Positions 33,301 through 47,489 of a stretch of DNA of 64,000 nt are shown here, piece after piece. Made by a program: the position numbers and the translations under genes. Source of the stretch: Eledone cirrhosa (taxonomy: Eukaryota). The notes below the pieces were generated by a model. It was not told where the DNA came from, ran no database searches, and was given only the letters and a program-made list of their open reading frames with translations. The stretch lies in NCBI GenBank assembly GCA_964016885.1, contig OZ024750.1, positions 45,508,001-45,572,000 of the forward strand, read 5' to 3'. The first letter of the stretch is position 1; the number at the start of each line of letters is the position of its first letter.

Positions 33301-36300
33301 AACTACAACCACATCAACTACAACCACATCAACTACAACCACACCAACTACAACCACAACAACTACAACCACATCAACTACAACCACAGCAACTACAACC
33401 ACACCAACTACAACCACATCAACTACAACGATATCAACTACAACCACACCAACTACAACTACATCAACTACAAGCACATCAACTACAGCCACACCAACTA
33501 CAACCACATCAAATACAACCACACCAACTACAACCACACCAACTACAACCACATCAACTACAACCACATCAACTACAACCACACCAACTACAACCACACC
33601 AACTACAACTACATCAACTACAACCATATCAACTACAGCCACACCAACTACAACCACATCAACTACAACCACATCAACTACAACCACACCAACTACAACC
33701 ACATCAACTACAACCACATCAACTACAGCCACACCAACTACAACCACGCCAACTACAACCACAGCAACTACAACCACATCAACTACAACCACACCAATTA
33801 CAACCACATCAACTACAACCACTTCAACTACAACCACATCAAATACAACCACACCAACTACAACCACCTAAACTACAACCACATCAACTACAACCACATC
33901 AACTACAACCACATCAACTACAACCACATCAAATACAACCACACCAACTACAACCACGTAAACTACAACCACATCAACTACAACCACACCAACTACAACC
34001 ACATCAACTACAACCACATCAACTACAACCACATCAACTACAGCTACACCAACTACAGCCACGCCAACTACAAGCACATCAACTACAACCACATCAACTA
34101 CAACCACATCAACTACAACCACATCAACTACAGCCACATCAACTACAACCACATCAACTACAACCACATCAACTACAGCCACATCAACTACAACCACATC
34201 AACTACAACCACATCAACTACAACCACATCAACTACAACCACATCAACTACAACCACATCAACTACAACCACACCAACTACAACCACATCAACTACAACC
34301 ACATCAACTACAGCCACACCAACTACAACCACATCAACTACAGCCACACCAACTACAACCACATCAACTACAACCACATCAACTACAACCACACCAACTA
34401 CAACCACATCAACTACAACCACATCAACTACAGCCACACCAACTACAACCACATCAACTACAACCACATCAACTACAGCCACATCAACTACAACCACACC
34501 AACTACAACCACATCAACTACAGCCACACCAACTACAACCACATCAACTACAACCACATCAACTACAGCCACACCAACTACAACCACATCAACTACAACC
34601 ACACCAACTACAACCTAACCAACTATAACCACATCAACTACAACCACAACAAACATAGATCCACACCAACTACAACCACATCAACTACAGCCACACCAAC
34701 TACAACCACCTAAACTACAACCACATCAACTACAACCACATCAACTACAACCACATCAACTACAGCCACACCAACTACAACCACATCAACTACAACCACA
34801 TCAACTACATCCACACCAACTACAACCACACCAACTACAACCACACCAACTATAACCACATCAACTACAACCACATCAACTACAGCCACACCAACTACAA
34901 CCACATCAACTACAGCCACACCAACTACAACCACATCAACTACAGCCACACCAACTACAACCACATCAACTACAACCACATCAACTACAGCCACACCAAC
35001 TACAACCACATCAACTACAACCACATCAACTACAACAACATCAACTACAGCCACACCAACTACAACCACATCAACTACAACCACATCAACTACAACCACA
35101 CCAACTACAGCCACACCAACTACAGCCACACCAACTACAAGCACATCAACTACAACCACACCAACTACAACCACATCAACTACAACCACATCAACTACAA
35201 CCACACCAACTACAGCCACACCAACTACAGCCACACCAACTACAAGCACATCAACTACAAGCACATCAACTACAACCACATGAACTACAGCCACACCAAC
35301 TACAACCACATCAACTACAACCACATCAACTACAGCCACACCAACTACAACCACATCAACTACAACCACACCAACTACAACCACATCTACTACAACCACA
35401 TCAAATACAACCACACCAACTACAACCACATCAACTACAACCACACCAACTACAACCACATCAACTACAACCACACCAACTACTACCACATCAACTACAA
35501 CCACACCAACTACAACCACATCAACTACAACCACACCAACTACAACCACATCAACTACAACCACACCAACTACAACCACATCAACTACAACCACATCAAC
35601 TACAACCACATCAACTACAACCACACCAACTACAACCACATCAACTACAACCACACCAACTACAACCACATCAACTACAACCACACCAACTACAAGCACA
35701 TCAACTACAACCACATCAACTACAGCCACACCAACTACAACCACACCAACTACAACCACATCAACTACAGCCACACCAACTACAACCACATCAACTACAA
35801 CCACACCAACTACAACCACATCTACTACAACAACATCAAATACAACCACATCAACTACAACCACATCAACTACAACCACATCTACTACAACCACACCAAC
35901 CACAACCACATCTACTACAACCACATCAAATAAAAACCACATCAACTACAACCACACCAACTACAACCACATCAACTACAGCCACACCAACTACAACCAC
36001 ACCAACTACAACCACATCAACTACATCCACACCAACTACAACCACATCAACTACAACCACATCAACTACAGCCACACCAACTACAACCACATCAACTACA
36101 TCCACACCAACTACAACCACATCAACTACAACCACATCAAATACAGCCACACCAACTACAACCACACCAACTACAACCACATCAACTACAGCCACACCAA
36201 CTACAACCACATCAACTACATCCACACCAACTACAACCACATCAACTACAACCACATCAACTACAACCACATCAACTACAACGATATCAACTACAACCAC

Positions 36301-39300
36301 ACCAACTACAACTACATCAACTACAAGCACATCAACTACAGCCACACCAACTACAACCACATCAACTACAGCCACACCAACTACAACCACATCAACTACA
36401 TCCACACCAACTACAACCACATCAACTACAACCACATCAACTACATCCACACCAACTACAACCACATCAACTACAACCACATCAACTACAGCCACACCAA
36501 CTACAACCACATCAACTACAGCCACACCAACTACAACCACATCAACTACAACCACATCAACTACAGCCACACCAACTACAACCACATCAACTACAACCAC
36601 ACCAACTACAACCTAACCAACTATAACCACATCAACTACAACCACATCAACTACAGCCACACCAACTACAACCACATCAACTACAGCCACACCGACTACA
36701 ACCACATCAACTACAGCCACACCAACTACAACCACATCAACTACAACCACATCAACTACAGCCACACCAACTTCAACCACATCAACTACAACCACATCAA
36801 CTACATCCACACCAACTACAACCACACCAACTACAACCACACCAACTATAACCACATCAACTACAACCACATCAACTACAGCCACACCAACTACAACCAC
36901 ATCAACTACAGCCACACCAACTACAACCACATCAACTACAGCCACACCAACTACAACCACATCAACTACAACCACATCAACTGCAGCCACACCAACTACA
37001 ACCACATCAACTACAACCACATCAACTACAACCACATCAACTACAGCCACACCAACTACAACCACATCAACTACAACCACATCAACTACAACCACACCAA
37101 CTACAGCCACACCAACTACAGCCACACCAACTATAAGCACATCAGCTACAACCACACCAACTACAACCACATCAACTACAACCACATCAACTACAACCAC
37201 ACCAACTACAGCCACACCAACTACAGCCACACCAACTACAAGCACATCAACTACAAGCACATCAACTACAACAACATCAACTACAGCCACACCAACTACA
37301 ACCACATCAACTACAACCACATCAACTACAGCCACACCAACTACAACCACATCAACTACAACCACACCAACTACAACCACACCAACTACAACCACACCAA
37401 CTACAACCACATCAACTACAACCACATCTACTACAACCACATCAAATACAACCACACCAACTACAACCACATCAACTACAACCACACCAACTACAACCAC
37501 ATCAACTACAACCACACCAACTACAACCACATCAACTACAACCACATCAACTACAACCACACCAACTACAACCACACCAACTACAACCACACCAACTACA
37601 ACCACATCAACTACAACCACATCTACTACAACCACATCAAATACAACCACACCAACTACAACCACATCAACTACAACCACACCAACTACAACCACATCAA
37701 CTACAACCACACCAACTACAACCACATCAACTACAACCACATCAACTACAACCACATCAACTACAACCACACCAACTACAACCACATCAACTACAACCAC
37801 ACCAACTACAACCACATCAACTACAACCACACCAACTACAACCACATCAACTACAACCACACCAACTACAACCACATCAACTACAACCACATCAACTACA
37901 ACCACATCAACTACAACCACACTAACTACAACCACATCAACTACAACCACACCAACTACAACCACATCAACTACAAGCACAACAACTACAACCACATCAA
38001 CTACAACCACACCAACTACAACCACACCAACTACAACCACATCAACTACAACCACATCTACTACAACCACATCAAATACAACCACACCCATTACAACCAC
38101 ATCAACTACAACCACACCAACTACAACCACATCAACTACAACCACACCAACTACAACCATATCAACTACAAACACATCAACTACAACCACATCAACTACA
38201 ACCACACCAACTACAACCACATCAACTACAACCACACCAACTACAACCACATCAACTACAACCACACCAACTACAAGCACATCAACTACAACCACATCAA
38301 CTACAGCCACACCAACTACAACCACACCAACTACAACCACATCAACTACAGCCACACCAACTACAACCACATCAACTACAACCACACCAACTACAACCAC
38401 ATCTACTACAACAACATCAAATACAACCACATCAACTACAACCACATCAACTACAACCACATCTACTACAACCACACCAACCACAACCACATCTACTACA
38501 ACCACATCAAATACAACCACATCAACTACAACCACACCAACTACAACCACATCAACTACAGCCACACCAACTACAACCACACCAACTACAACCACATCAA
38601 CTACATCCACACCAACTACAACCACATCAACTACAACCACATCAACTACAGCCACACCAACTACAACCACATCAACTACATCCACACCAACTACAACCAC
38701 ATCAACTACAACCACATCAACTACAGCCACACCAACTACATCCACATCAACTACATCCACACCAACTACAACCACATCAACTACATCCACACCAACTACA
38801 ACCACATCAACTACAACCACATCAACTACATCCACACCAACTACAACCACATCAACTACAACCACATCAACTACAGCCACACCAACTACAACCACATCAA
38901 CTACAGCCACACCAACTACAACCACATCAACTACAACCACATCAACTACAGCCACACCAACTACAACCACATCAACTACAACCACACCAACTACAACCTA
39001 ACCAACTATAACCACATCAACTACAACCACATCAACTACAGCCACACCAACTACAACCACATCAACTACAGCCACACCGACTACAACCACATCAACTACA
39101 GCCACACCAACTACAACCACATCAACTACAACCACATCAACTACAGCCACACCAACTACAACCACATCAACTACAACCACATCAACTACATCCACACCAA
39201 CTACAACCACACCAACTACAACCACACCAACTATAACCACATCAACTACAACCACATCAACTACAGCCACACCAACTACAACCACATCAACTACAGCCAC

Positions 39301-42300
39301 ACCAACTACAACCACATCAACTACAGCCACACCAACTACAACCACATCAACTACAACCACATCAACTGCAGCCACACCAACTACAACCACATCAACTACA
39401 ACCACATCAACTACAACCACATCAACTACAGCCACACCAACTACAACCACATCAACTACAACCACATCAACTACAACCACACCAACTACAGCCACACCAA
39501 CTACAGCCACACCAACTATAAGCACATCAGCTACAACCACACCAACTACAACCACATCAACTACAACCACATCAACTACAACCACACCAACTACAGCCAC
39601 ACCAACTACAGCCACACCAACTACAAGCACATCAACTACAAGCACATCAACTACAACAACATCAACTACAGCCACACCAACTACAACCACATCAACTACA
39701 ACCACATCAACTACAGCCACACCAACTACAACCACATCAACTACAACCACACCAACTACAACCACACCAACTACAACCACACCAACTACAACCACATCAA
39801 CTACAACCACATCTACTACAACCACATCAAATACAACCACACCAACTACAACCACATCAACTACAACCACACCAACTACAACCACATCAACTACAACCAC
39901 ACCAACTACAACCACATCAACTACAACCACATCAACTACAACCACACCAACTACAACCACACCAACTACAACCACACCAACTACAACCACATCAACTACA
40001 ACCACATCTACTACAACCACATCAAATACAACCACACCAACTACAACCACATCAACTACAACCACACCAACTACAACCACATCAACTACAACCACACCAA
40101 CTACAACCACATCAACTACAACCACATCAACTACAACCACATCAACTACAACCACACCAACTACAACCACATCAACTACAACCGCACCAACTACAACCAC
40201 ATCAACTACAACCACACCAACTACAACCACATCAACTACAACCACACCAACTACAACCACATCAACTACAACCACATCAACTACAACCACATCAACTACA
40301 ACCACACTAACTACAACCACATCAACTACAACCACACCAACTACAACCACATCAACTACAAGCACAACAACTACAACCACATCAACTACAACCACACCAA
40401 CTACAACCACACCAACTACAACCACATCAACTACAACCACATCTACTACAACCACATCAAATACAACCACACCCATTACAACCACATCAACTACAACCAC
40501 ACCAACTACAACCACATCAACTACAACCACACCAACTACAACCATATCAACTACAAACACATCAACTACAACCACATCAACTACAACCACACCAACTACA
40601 ACCACATCAACTACAACCACACCAACTACAACCACATCAACTACAACCACACCAACTACAAGCACATCAACTACAACCACATCAACTACAGCCACACCAA
40701 CTACAACCACACCAACTACAACCACATCAACTACAGCCACACCAACTACAACCACATCAACTACAACCACACCAACTACAACCACATCTACTACAACAAC
40801 ATCAAATACAACCACATCAACTACAACCACATCAACTACAACCACATCTACTACAACCACACCAACCACAACCACATCTACTACAACCACATCAAATACA
40901 ACCACATCAACTACAACCACACCAACTACAACCACATCAACTACAGCCACACCAACTACAACCACACCAACTACAATCACATCAACTACATCCACACCAA
41001 CTACAACCACATCAACTACAACCACATCAACTACAGCCACACCAACTACAACCACATCAACTACATCCACACCAACTACAACCACATCAACTACAACCAC
41101 ATCAACTACAGCCACACCAACTACATCCACATCAACTACATCCACACCAAATACAACCACATCAACTACAACCACATCAACTTCATCCACACCAACTACA
41201 ACCACATCAACTACAACCACATCAACTACAGCCACACCAACTACACCCACATCAACTACATCCACACGAAATACAACCACACCAACTACAACCACATCAA
41301 CTACAACCACACCAACTACAACCACATCAACTACAACCACACCAACTACAACCACATCAACTACATCCACACCAACTACAATCACATCAACTACATCCAC
41401 ACCAACTACAACCACACCAACTAGAACCACATGAACTACATCCACACCAACTACAATCACATCAACTACATCCACACCAACTACAACCACATCAACTACA
41501 ACCACATCAACTACAGCCACACCAACTACAACCGCATCAACTACAACCACACTAACTACAACCACACCAACTACAACCACATCAACTACAACCACATCAA
41601 CTACAACCACACCAACTACAATCACATCAACTACAGCCACATCAACTACAACCGCATCAACTAGAACCACAACAACTACAACCACACCAACTACAACCAC
41701 ATCAACTACAACCACATCAACTACAACCACACCAACTACAGCCACATCAACTACAACCGCATCAACTAGAACCACAACAACTACAACCACACCAACTACA
41801 ACCACATCAACTACAACCACATCAACTACAACCACATCAACTACAGCCACACCAACTACAACCACACCAACTACAACCACACCAACTACAACCACATCAA
41901 CTACAACCACATCAACTACAACCACATCAACTACAACCACACCAACTACAGCCACATCAACTACAACCGCATCAACTAGAACCACAACAACTACAACCAC
42001 ACCAACTACAACCACACCAACTACAACCACATCAACTACAACCACATCAACTACAACCACATCAACTACAACCACACCAACTACAACCACATCAACTACA
42101 ACCACATCAACTACAACCACATCAACTAGAACCACATCAACTACAACCACATCAACTACAGCCACACCAACTACAACCACATCAACTACAACCACATCAA
42201 CTACAGCCACACCAACTACAACCACATCAACTACAACCACATCAACTACAGCCACACCAACTACAACCACATCAACTACAACCACATCAACTACAGCCAC

Positions 42301-43680
42301 ACCAACTACAACCACATCAACTACAACCACACCAACTACAACCACATCTACTACAACCACATCAAATACAACCACACCAACTACAACCACATCAACTACA
42401 ACCACACCAACTACAACCACATCAACTACAACCACACCAACTACAACCACATCAACTACAACCACACCAACTACAAACACATCAACTACAACCACACCAA
42501 CTACAACCACATCAACTACAACCACACCAACTACAACCACATCAACTACAAACACATCAACTACAACCACATCAACTACAACCACACCAACTACAACCAC
42601 ATCAACTACAACCACACCAACTACAAGCACATCAACTACAACCACATCAACTACAGTCACACCAACTACAACCACACCAACTACAACCACATCAACTACA
42701 GCCACACCAACTACAACCACATCAACTACAACCACACCAACTACAACCACATCTACTACAACAACATCAAATACAACCACATCAACTACAACCACATCAA
42801 CTACAACCACATCTACTACAACCACACCAACCACAACCACATCTACTACAACCACATCAAATACAACCACATCAACTACAACCACACCAACTACAACCAC
42901 ATCAACTACAGCCACACCAACTACAACCACACCAACTACAACCACATCAACTACATCCACACCAACTACAACCACATCAACTACAACCACATCAACTACA
43001 GCCACACCAACTACAACCACATCAACTACATCCACACCAACTACAGCCACACCAACTACATCCACATCAACTACATACACACCAAATACAACCACATCAA
43101 CTACAACCACATCAACTACATCCACACCAACTACAACCACACCAACTACAACCACATCAACTACATCCACACCAACTACAATCACATCAACTACATCCAC
43201 ACCAACTACAACCACACCAACTACAACCACATGAACTACATCCACACCAACTACAATCACATCAACTACATCCACACCAACTACAACCACATCAACTACA
43301 ACCACATCAACTACAGCCACACCAACTACAACCGCATCAACTACAACCACACTAACTACAACCACACCAACTACAACCACATCAACTACAACCACATCAA
43401 CTACAACCACACCAACTACAATCACATCAACTACAGCCACATCAACTACAACCGCATCAACTAGAACCACAACAACTACAACCACACCAACTACAACCAC
43501 ATCAACTACAACCACATCAACTACAACCACACCAACTACAATCACATCAACTACAACCACATCAACTACAACCACATCAACTACAACCACACCAACTACA
43601 ACCAAACCAACTACAACCACATCAACTACAACCACATCAACTACAACCACACCAACTACAACCACACCAACTACAACCAT
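6377..43680. repeat. Giant 15-bp minisatellite ACTACAACCACA[T/C]CA (~37.3 kb, roughly 2,490 units) with higher-order duplications
   Basis: Continuous 15-bp periodicity. It reads TTTT(S/P), LQPHQ or NYNH(I/T) on + and VVVV(D/G) on -. Phase shifts occur near 20985, 23371, 24930, 31675, 32838, 34652 and 35931. Confidence 0.98.
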
Positions 43681-44040
43681 AAATAAAACTACATCAAATA
43701 AGACAACTACAACATCAGCTACAGCATATACAACCACATCAAATAGCAACTACAACCATAAATAAAACTACAACTACAACCACACCAACTACAACCACCA
43801 CCACATCAACTACCACCACAACAACTACCACCACAACATCAACTACCACCACAACAAATTCCACCACAACATCAACTACCACCTCAACAACTACCACCAC
43901 GACATCAACTACAACCACAAAAACCACCACCACAACAACCACCACCACAACAACTACCACCACCACATCAACTACCACCACAACAACTAACACCGCAACA
44001 TCAACTACAACCACAACAACCACCACAATATCAACTACAG
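43681..44040 (+). repeat. Degenerate Thr-codon-rich (ACN)n tail of the array (mucin-like 3' flank)
   Basis: Reads INKTTSNKTTTTSATAY... / ...[25 protein letters not shown]...TISTTAQ in the Thr frame and includes NxT sequons. Confidence 0.7.
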
Positions 44041-44129
44041 CCCAGACAAGAAACCAAGCATTAAAACAACTCTATAAACTTCAGGGAATTACATTATATA
44101 AAAACCAACAGCAACATAATTTCATCCTT

Positions 44130-44243
44130 ATTGGCAGTATCGGTAGAGGGTCGGACGCCATTCTTTGCAGCATTAAGTTACGGCCCTTAAGGTACCAGTA
44201 ATACACTGGGGTTAATCGCTGACCTTGTGCCAAAAGTAGAAAC
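44130..44243 (+). mobile_element. SINE family A copy with internal deletion
   Basis: Matches the 5' and 3' parts of 4023-4205 and lacks the B-box/central segment. Confidence 0.8.
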
Positions 44244-44393
44244 TATTATTTCCTCATCATTTTCATCATACTAATGCAAAAGTACATGAAGACCAACCAC
44301 AGCCGGCTATGTGAATGGTTTTATCATGGTTGTCATCTCAGATCTTTGGCAGGACCAAAATGTCACATTCGATCGCAGCACCGTTAATTGTTA

Positions 44394-44462
<69 letters not shown>

Positions 44463-44689
44463 CGTGTGTGTGTGTGTGAGTGTGTGAGTGTGTGTGTGTG
44501 TGTGTGTTTATTTTATTTCATCGTGCAATGGCCATACTCGATAAAGAATATGGTCACTGCACGATGTAATAATAATAAATGCGAATGTAATAATAGTAAC
44601 AATAATAAATGCGAAGACTAAACTCCAAAGAGGGCTCGATAAGGATAAATATATATCAAATATATAAGAACGCTAGAGCAAATATATAT

Positions 44690-44816
44690 TAAAATAATAG
44701 ATTAAAGTTTAAGCAAAGAATCGTTGCTTTCACCCTTCACGGGATCTTCTGAAACTGTTTCAGAAGATCCCGTTAAGTTTGAAAGCAGCGATTCTTTTCT
44801 TAACCTTTAATCTGTT
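44690..44816. repeat. Fold-back inverted repeat of a short dispersed element (single arms at ~46405-46469 and ~61828-61892)
   Basis: AGATTAAAGTTTAAGCAAAGAATCG...CGGGATCTTCTGAAAC-T-GTTTCAGAAGATCCCG...CGATTCTTTTCTTAACCTTTAATCT. Confidence 0.8.
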
Positions 44817-44944
44817 ACGGCCCTTTATGATCTGGGTTCAAATCCCGCCGAGGTTAACTTTGCCTTTCATCCTTACGAGGTTGATAAAATAAAGTACCAG
44901 CAATACACTAGAATGATTGCTGGCCTTGTGCCTTAAGTAGAAAC
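44815..44944 (+). mobile_element. SINE family A copy, 5'-truncated
   Basis: GGTTCAAATCCCGCCGAGGTTAACTTTGCCTTTCATCC...GTAGAAAC matches 4023-4205. Confidence 0.85.
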
Positions 44945-45059
44945 GAATATATTTCTACAAATATTCATTGCTTCATTTTTAACTCTAGTGTGGCATATGT
45001 GACTTTGAGAAATATAACTAACAAACAAAGAAGAATTAAGTTTGAGAAAAGGAATTATA

Positions 45060-45134
45060 CTCAATATACATATACAAAACAATTCAAACAAAACTATTCA
45101 TATACGCATACATACATATATAAATATATATATT

Positions 45135-45175
<41 letters not shown>

Positions 45176-45177
45176 AA

Positions 45178-45231
<54 letters not shown>

Positions 45232-45467
45232 GTATATAAATATAATGTAGGAGGTGAGTTATAAATATATAAATATATATTTTTATATATATATACATAT
45301 ATATATACATAAATATATATACATAAATAACTAAAAGTTTGTAGATAGCTGTTTTAGGTTATGTAACTGTTATAGAAACACGTGTCAATAAATTCCTTTC
45401 AACTAAACTGTATCCATTCAAATCTTTCTATACATAAATATATATATATACATATTTATATATATAC

Positions 45468-45525
<58 letters not shown>

Positions 45526-46005
45526 TTAAATTTATATATATATACATACATACATATATACATACATTAATATATATATATGTATATATGTATATACACG
45601 TATGTGTGAGTGAATAAAATAAAAATGAGATGAAATCATATTTCAAGTGTACGTCGTGTAGATTAAGAGAGTGAAAATTTGGAAATTAAACACCGTATGT
45701 TTCTATAGTCTGAAGCGATAAATAAATAGGGAACGAAATTGAATAATTCCATGTAATGAATATAAGTGAGGATACCATGAAGAATACAGCAGTGAATAGC
45801 TTAACTACTCCAAACTAGCACCTTATTATCTTGCTGCATTGGACATTCACTGTTGGAGGTCTCTTGGCGTGCAAGTCACTCCAGATGATTTCAGCTGATA
45901 AAGAGTCAAGGGCTCTTTATTAAAACAACTGGTAGTCTCTTATGTAACATATTGTGAATGGTTGTGATTATCAATTATCTCGTAAAGTACACTCTTACTC
46001 ACTCA

Positions 46006-46089
<84 letters not shown>

Positions 46090-46106
46090 ATATATATATA
46101 TATGTG

Positions 46107-46154
<48 letters not shown>

Positions 46155-46245
46155 GTGCAAATGTATACGTGAACAAAACAGAGAGGCAGACAAATAATGT
46201 ATACATATATATATATATATGTATATGTATATCTATAAATATATA

Positions 46246-46302
<57 letters not shown>

Positions 46303-46360
46303 GTATGTATATATAAGTATATAACTGTATATATATATGTATATATATATATATTTATAT

Positions 46361-46401
<41 letters not shown>

Positions 46402-46596
46402 TTTATTAAAATAACAGATTAAAGTTTAAGCAAAGAATCGCTGCTTTCACCCTTAACGGGATCTTCTGTATTTATTATTATTATTATTATTACTTTATAT
46501 ACATATATATATATATATATATATACATATATACATATTTATATATATACATATATATATATGATTACTATATATACTATATATTATTATTATTAC

Positions 46597-46687
<91 letters not shown>

Positions 46688-46690
46688 TAT
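45060..46690. repeat. Cluster of (TA)n-rich microsatellite tracts with short unique interruptions
   Basis: Directly visible. Confidence 0.9.
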
Positions 46691-46691
46691 A

Positions 46692-47099
46692 TACGATGGC
46701 AATCCCGAAAGTAAGGTCTCCCTCCGATATTGAAACTTCCGATATTGCAACTTTTCCGTTAAAATCCTGTGGATGGTGCTTCGGGAAACCTCAGGAACCA
46801 AAATGCAGGGAGCATCCAGAGTGATCCGCCGATCTTTACGCATGTTTTCCTTGGAAGGAGACCATACTTTTGGGATTGCCCTCGTATTTACTAACTGCGC
46901 GGAATTTGCACTTGGCGGTAGCTTTCGACGGGAGTTCCATTCTCAACGGCTGCCAAGTAAGATTGATCATCCCAGCGAAGCGCGCGCATGCTTGTTTGGG
47001 AGTGAAGGAAGCACCAATCACAACAGTGTTGCCAACAGCCGTACGAACAGTTTCTCTGGTTCCCATCGATTTGGAGACCTTACTTTTGGGATTACCCGC

Positions 47100-47101
<2 letters not shown>
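46692..47101 (-). mobile_element. Rearranged mariner (Tc1/mariner) remnant with three TIRs and transposase fragments
   Basis: TIRs of ~28 bp (consensus CGAGGG(C/T)AATCCCAAAAGTAAGGTCTCC) at 46694-46721 (+), 46857-46884 (-) and 47073-47099 (-), each next to TA. Minus-strand peptides MELPSKATAKCKFRAVSKY and [33 protein letters not shown] resemble the mariner transposase N-terminus and second HTH. Confidence 0.85.
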
Positions 47102-47142
<41 letters not shown>

Positions 47143-47290
47143 ACAAGCAAGTTTGTTTTGAAATAGTAAGCGAATTTGAATATAGAATTAGAAGCTTTCG
47201 CCGTACTTTTGAGTAAAGAAGTTTTAGCCTGAAAGTGGGGTTTAGTACCCTCTACGGAATGGAAAACAAGGAATATTGACGTACACACAC

Positions 47291-47386
47291 CGAGGTTGAC
47301 TTTGCCTTTCATCCTTACAGGGTCGATAAAATAAAGTACCAGTAATGCACTGGGTAATTGCTGGCCTTGTGCCTAAAGTAGAAACA
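47291..47386 (+). mobile_element. SINE family A 3' half with 16-bp TSD
   Basis: Matches the 3' half of 4023-4205. TSD ATTGACGTACACACAC at 47275-47290 and 47387-47402. Confidence 0.85.
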
Positions 47387-47414
47387 ATTGACGTACACAC
47401 ACACACACGCACAG

Positions 47415-47482
<68 letters not shown>

Positions 47483-47489
<7 letters not shown>

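Noticed and set aside
6377-43680. Array as telomeric repeat or CRISPR
   Set aside because: It has G/T versus C/A strand bias, but the unit is not TTAGGG-like and is interstitial with Thr-codon flanks. There are no unique spacers or cas genes, and the context is eukaryotic.
6369-44026. Long Val-rich minus-strand ORFs and the 1212-aa (NYNHI/T)n ORF as real proteins
   Set aside because: They are automatic consequences of a stop-free 15-mer. Most Val-rich ORFs rely on GTG/TTG starts, and the NYNH ATG comes from a single variant unit.
45355-45395. GAAACACGTGTC-AATAAA, resembling a hammerhead 3' half
   Set aside because: The CTGANGA half is missing, so it is at most a truncated remnant.
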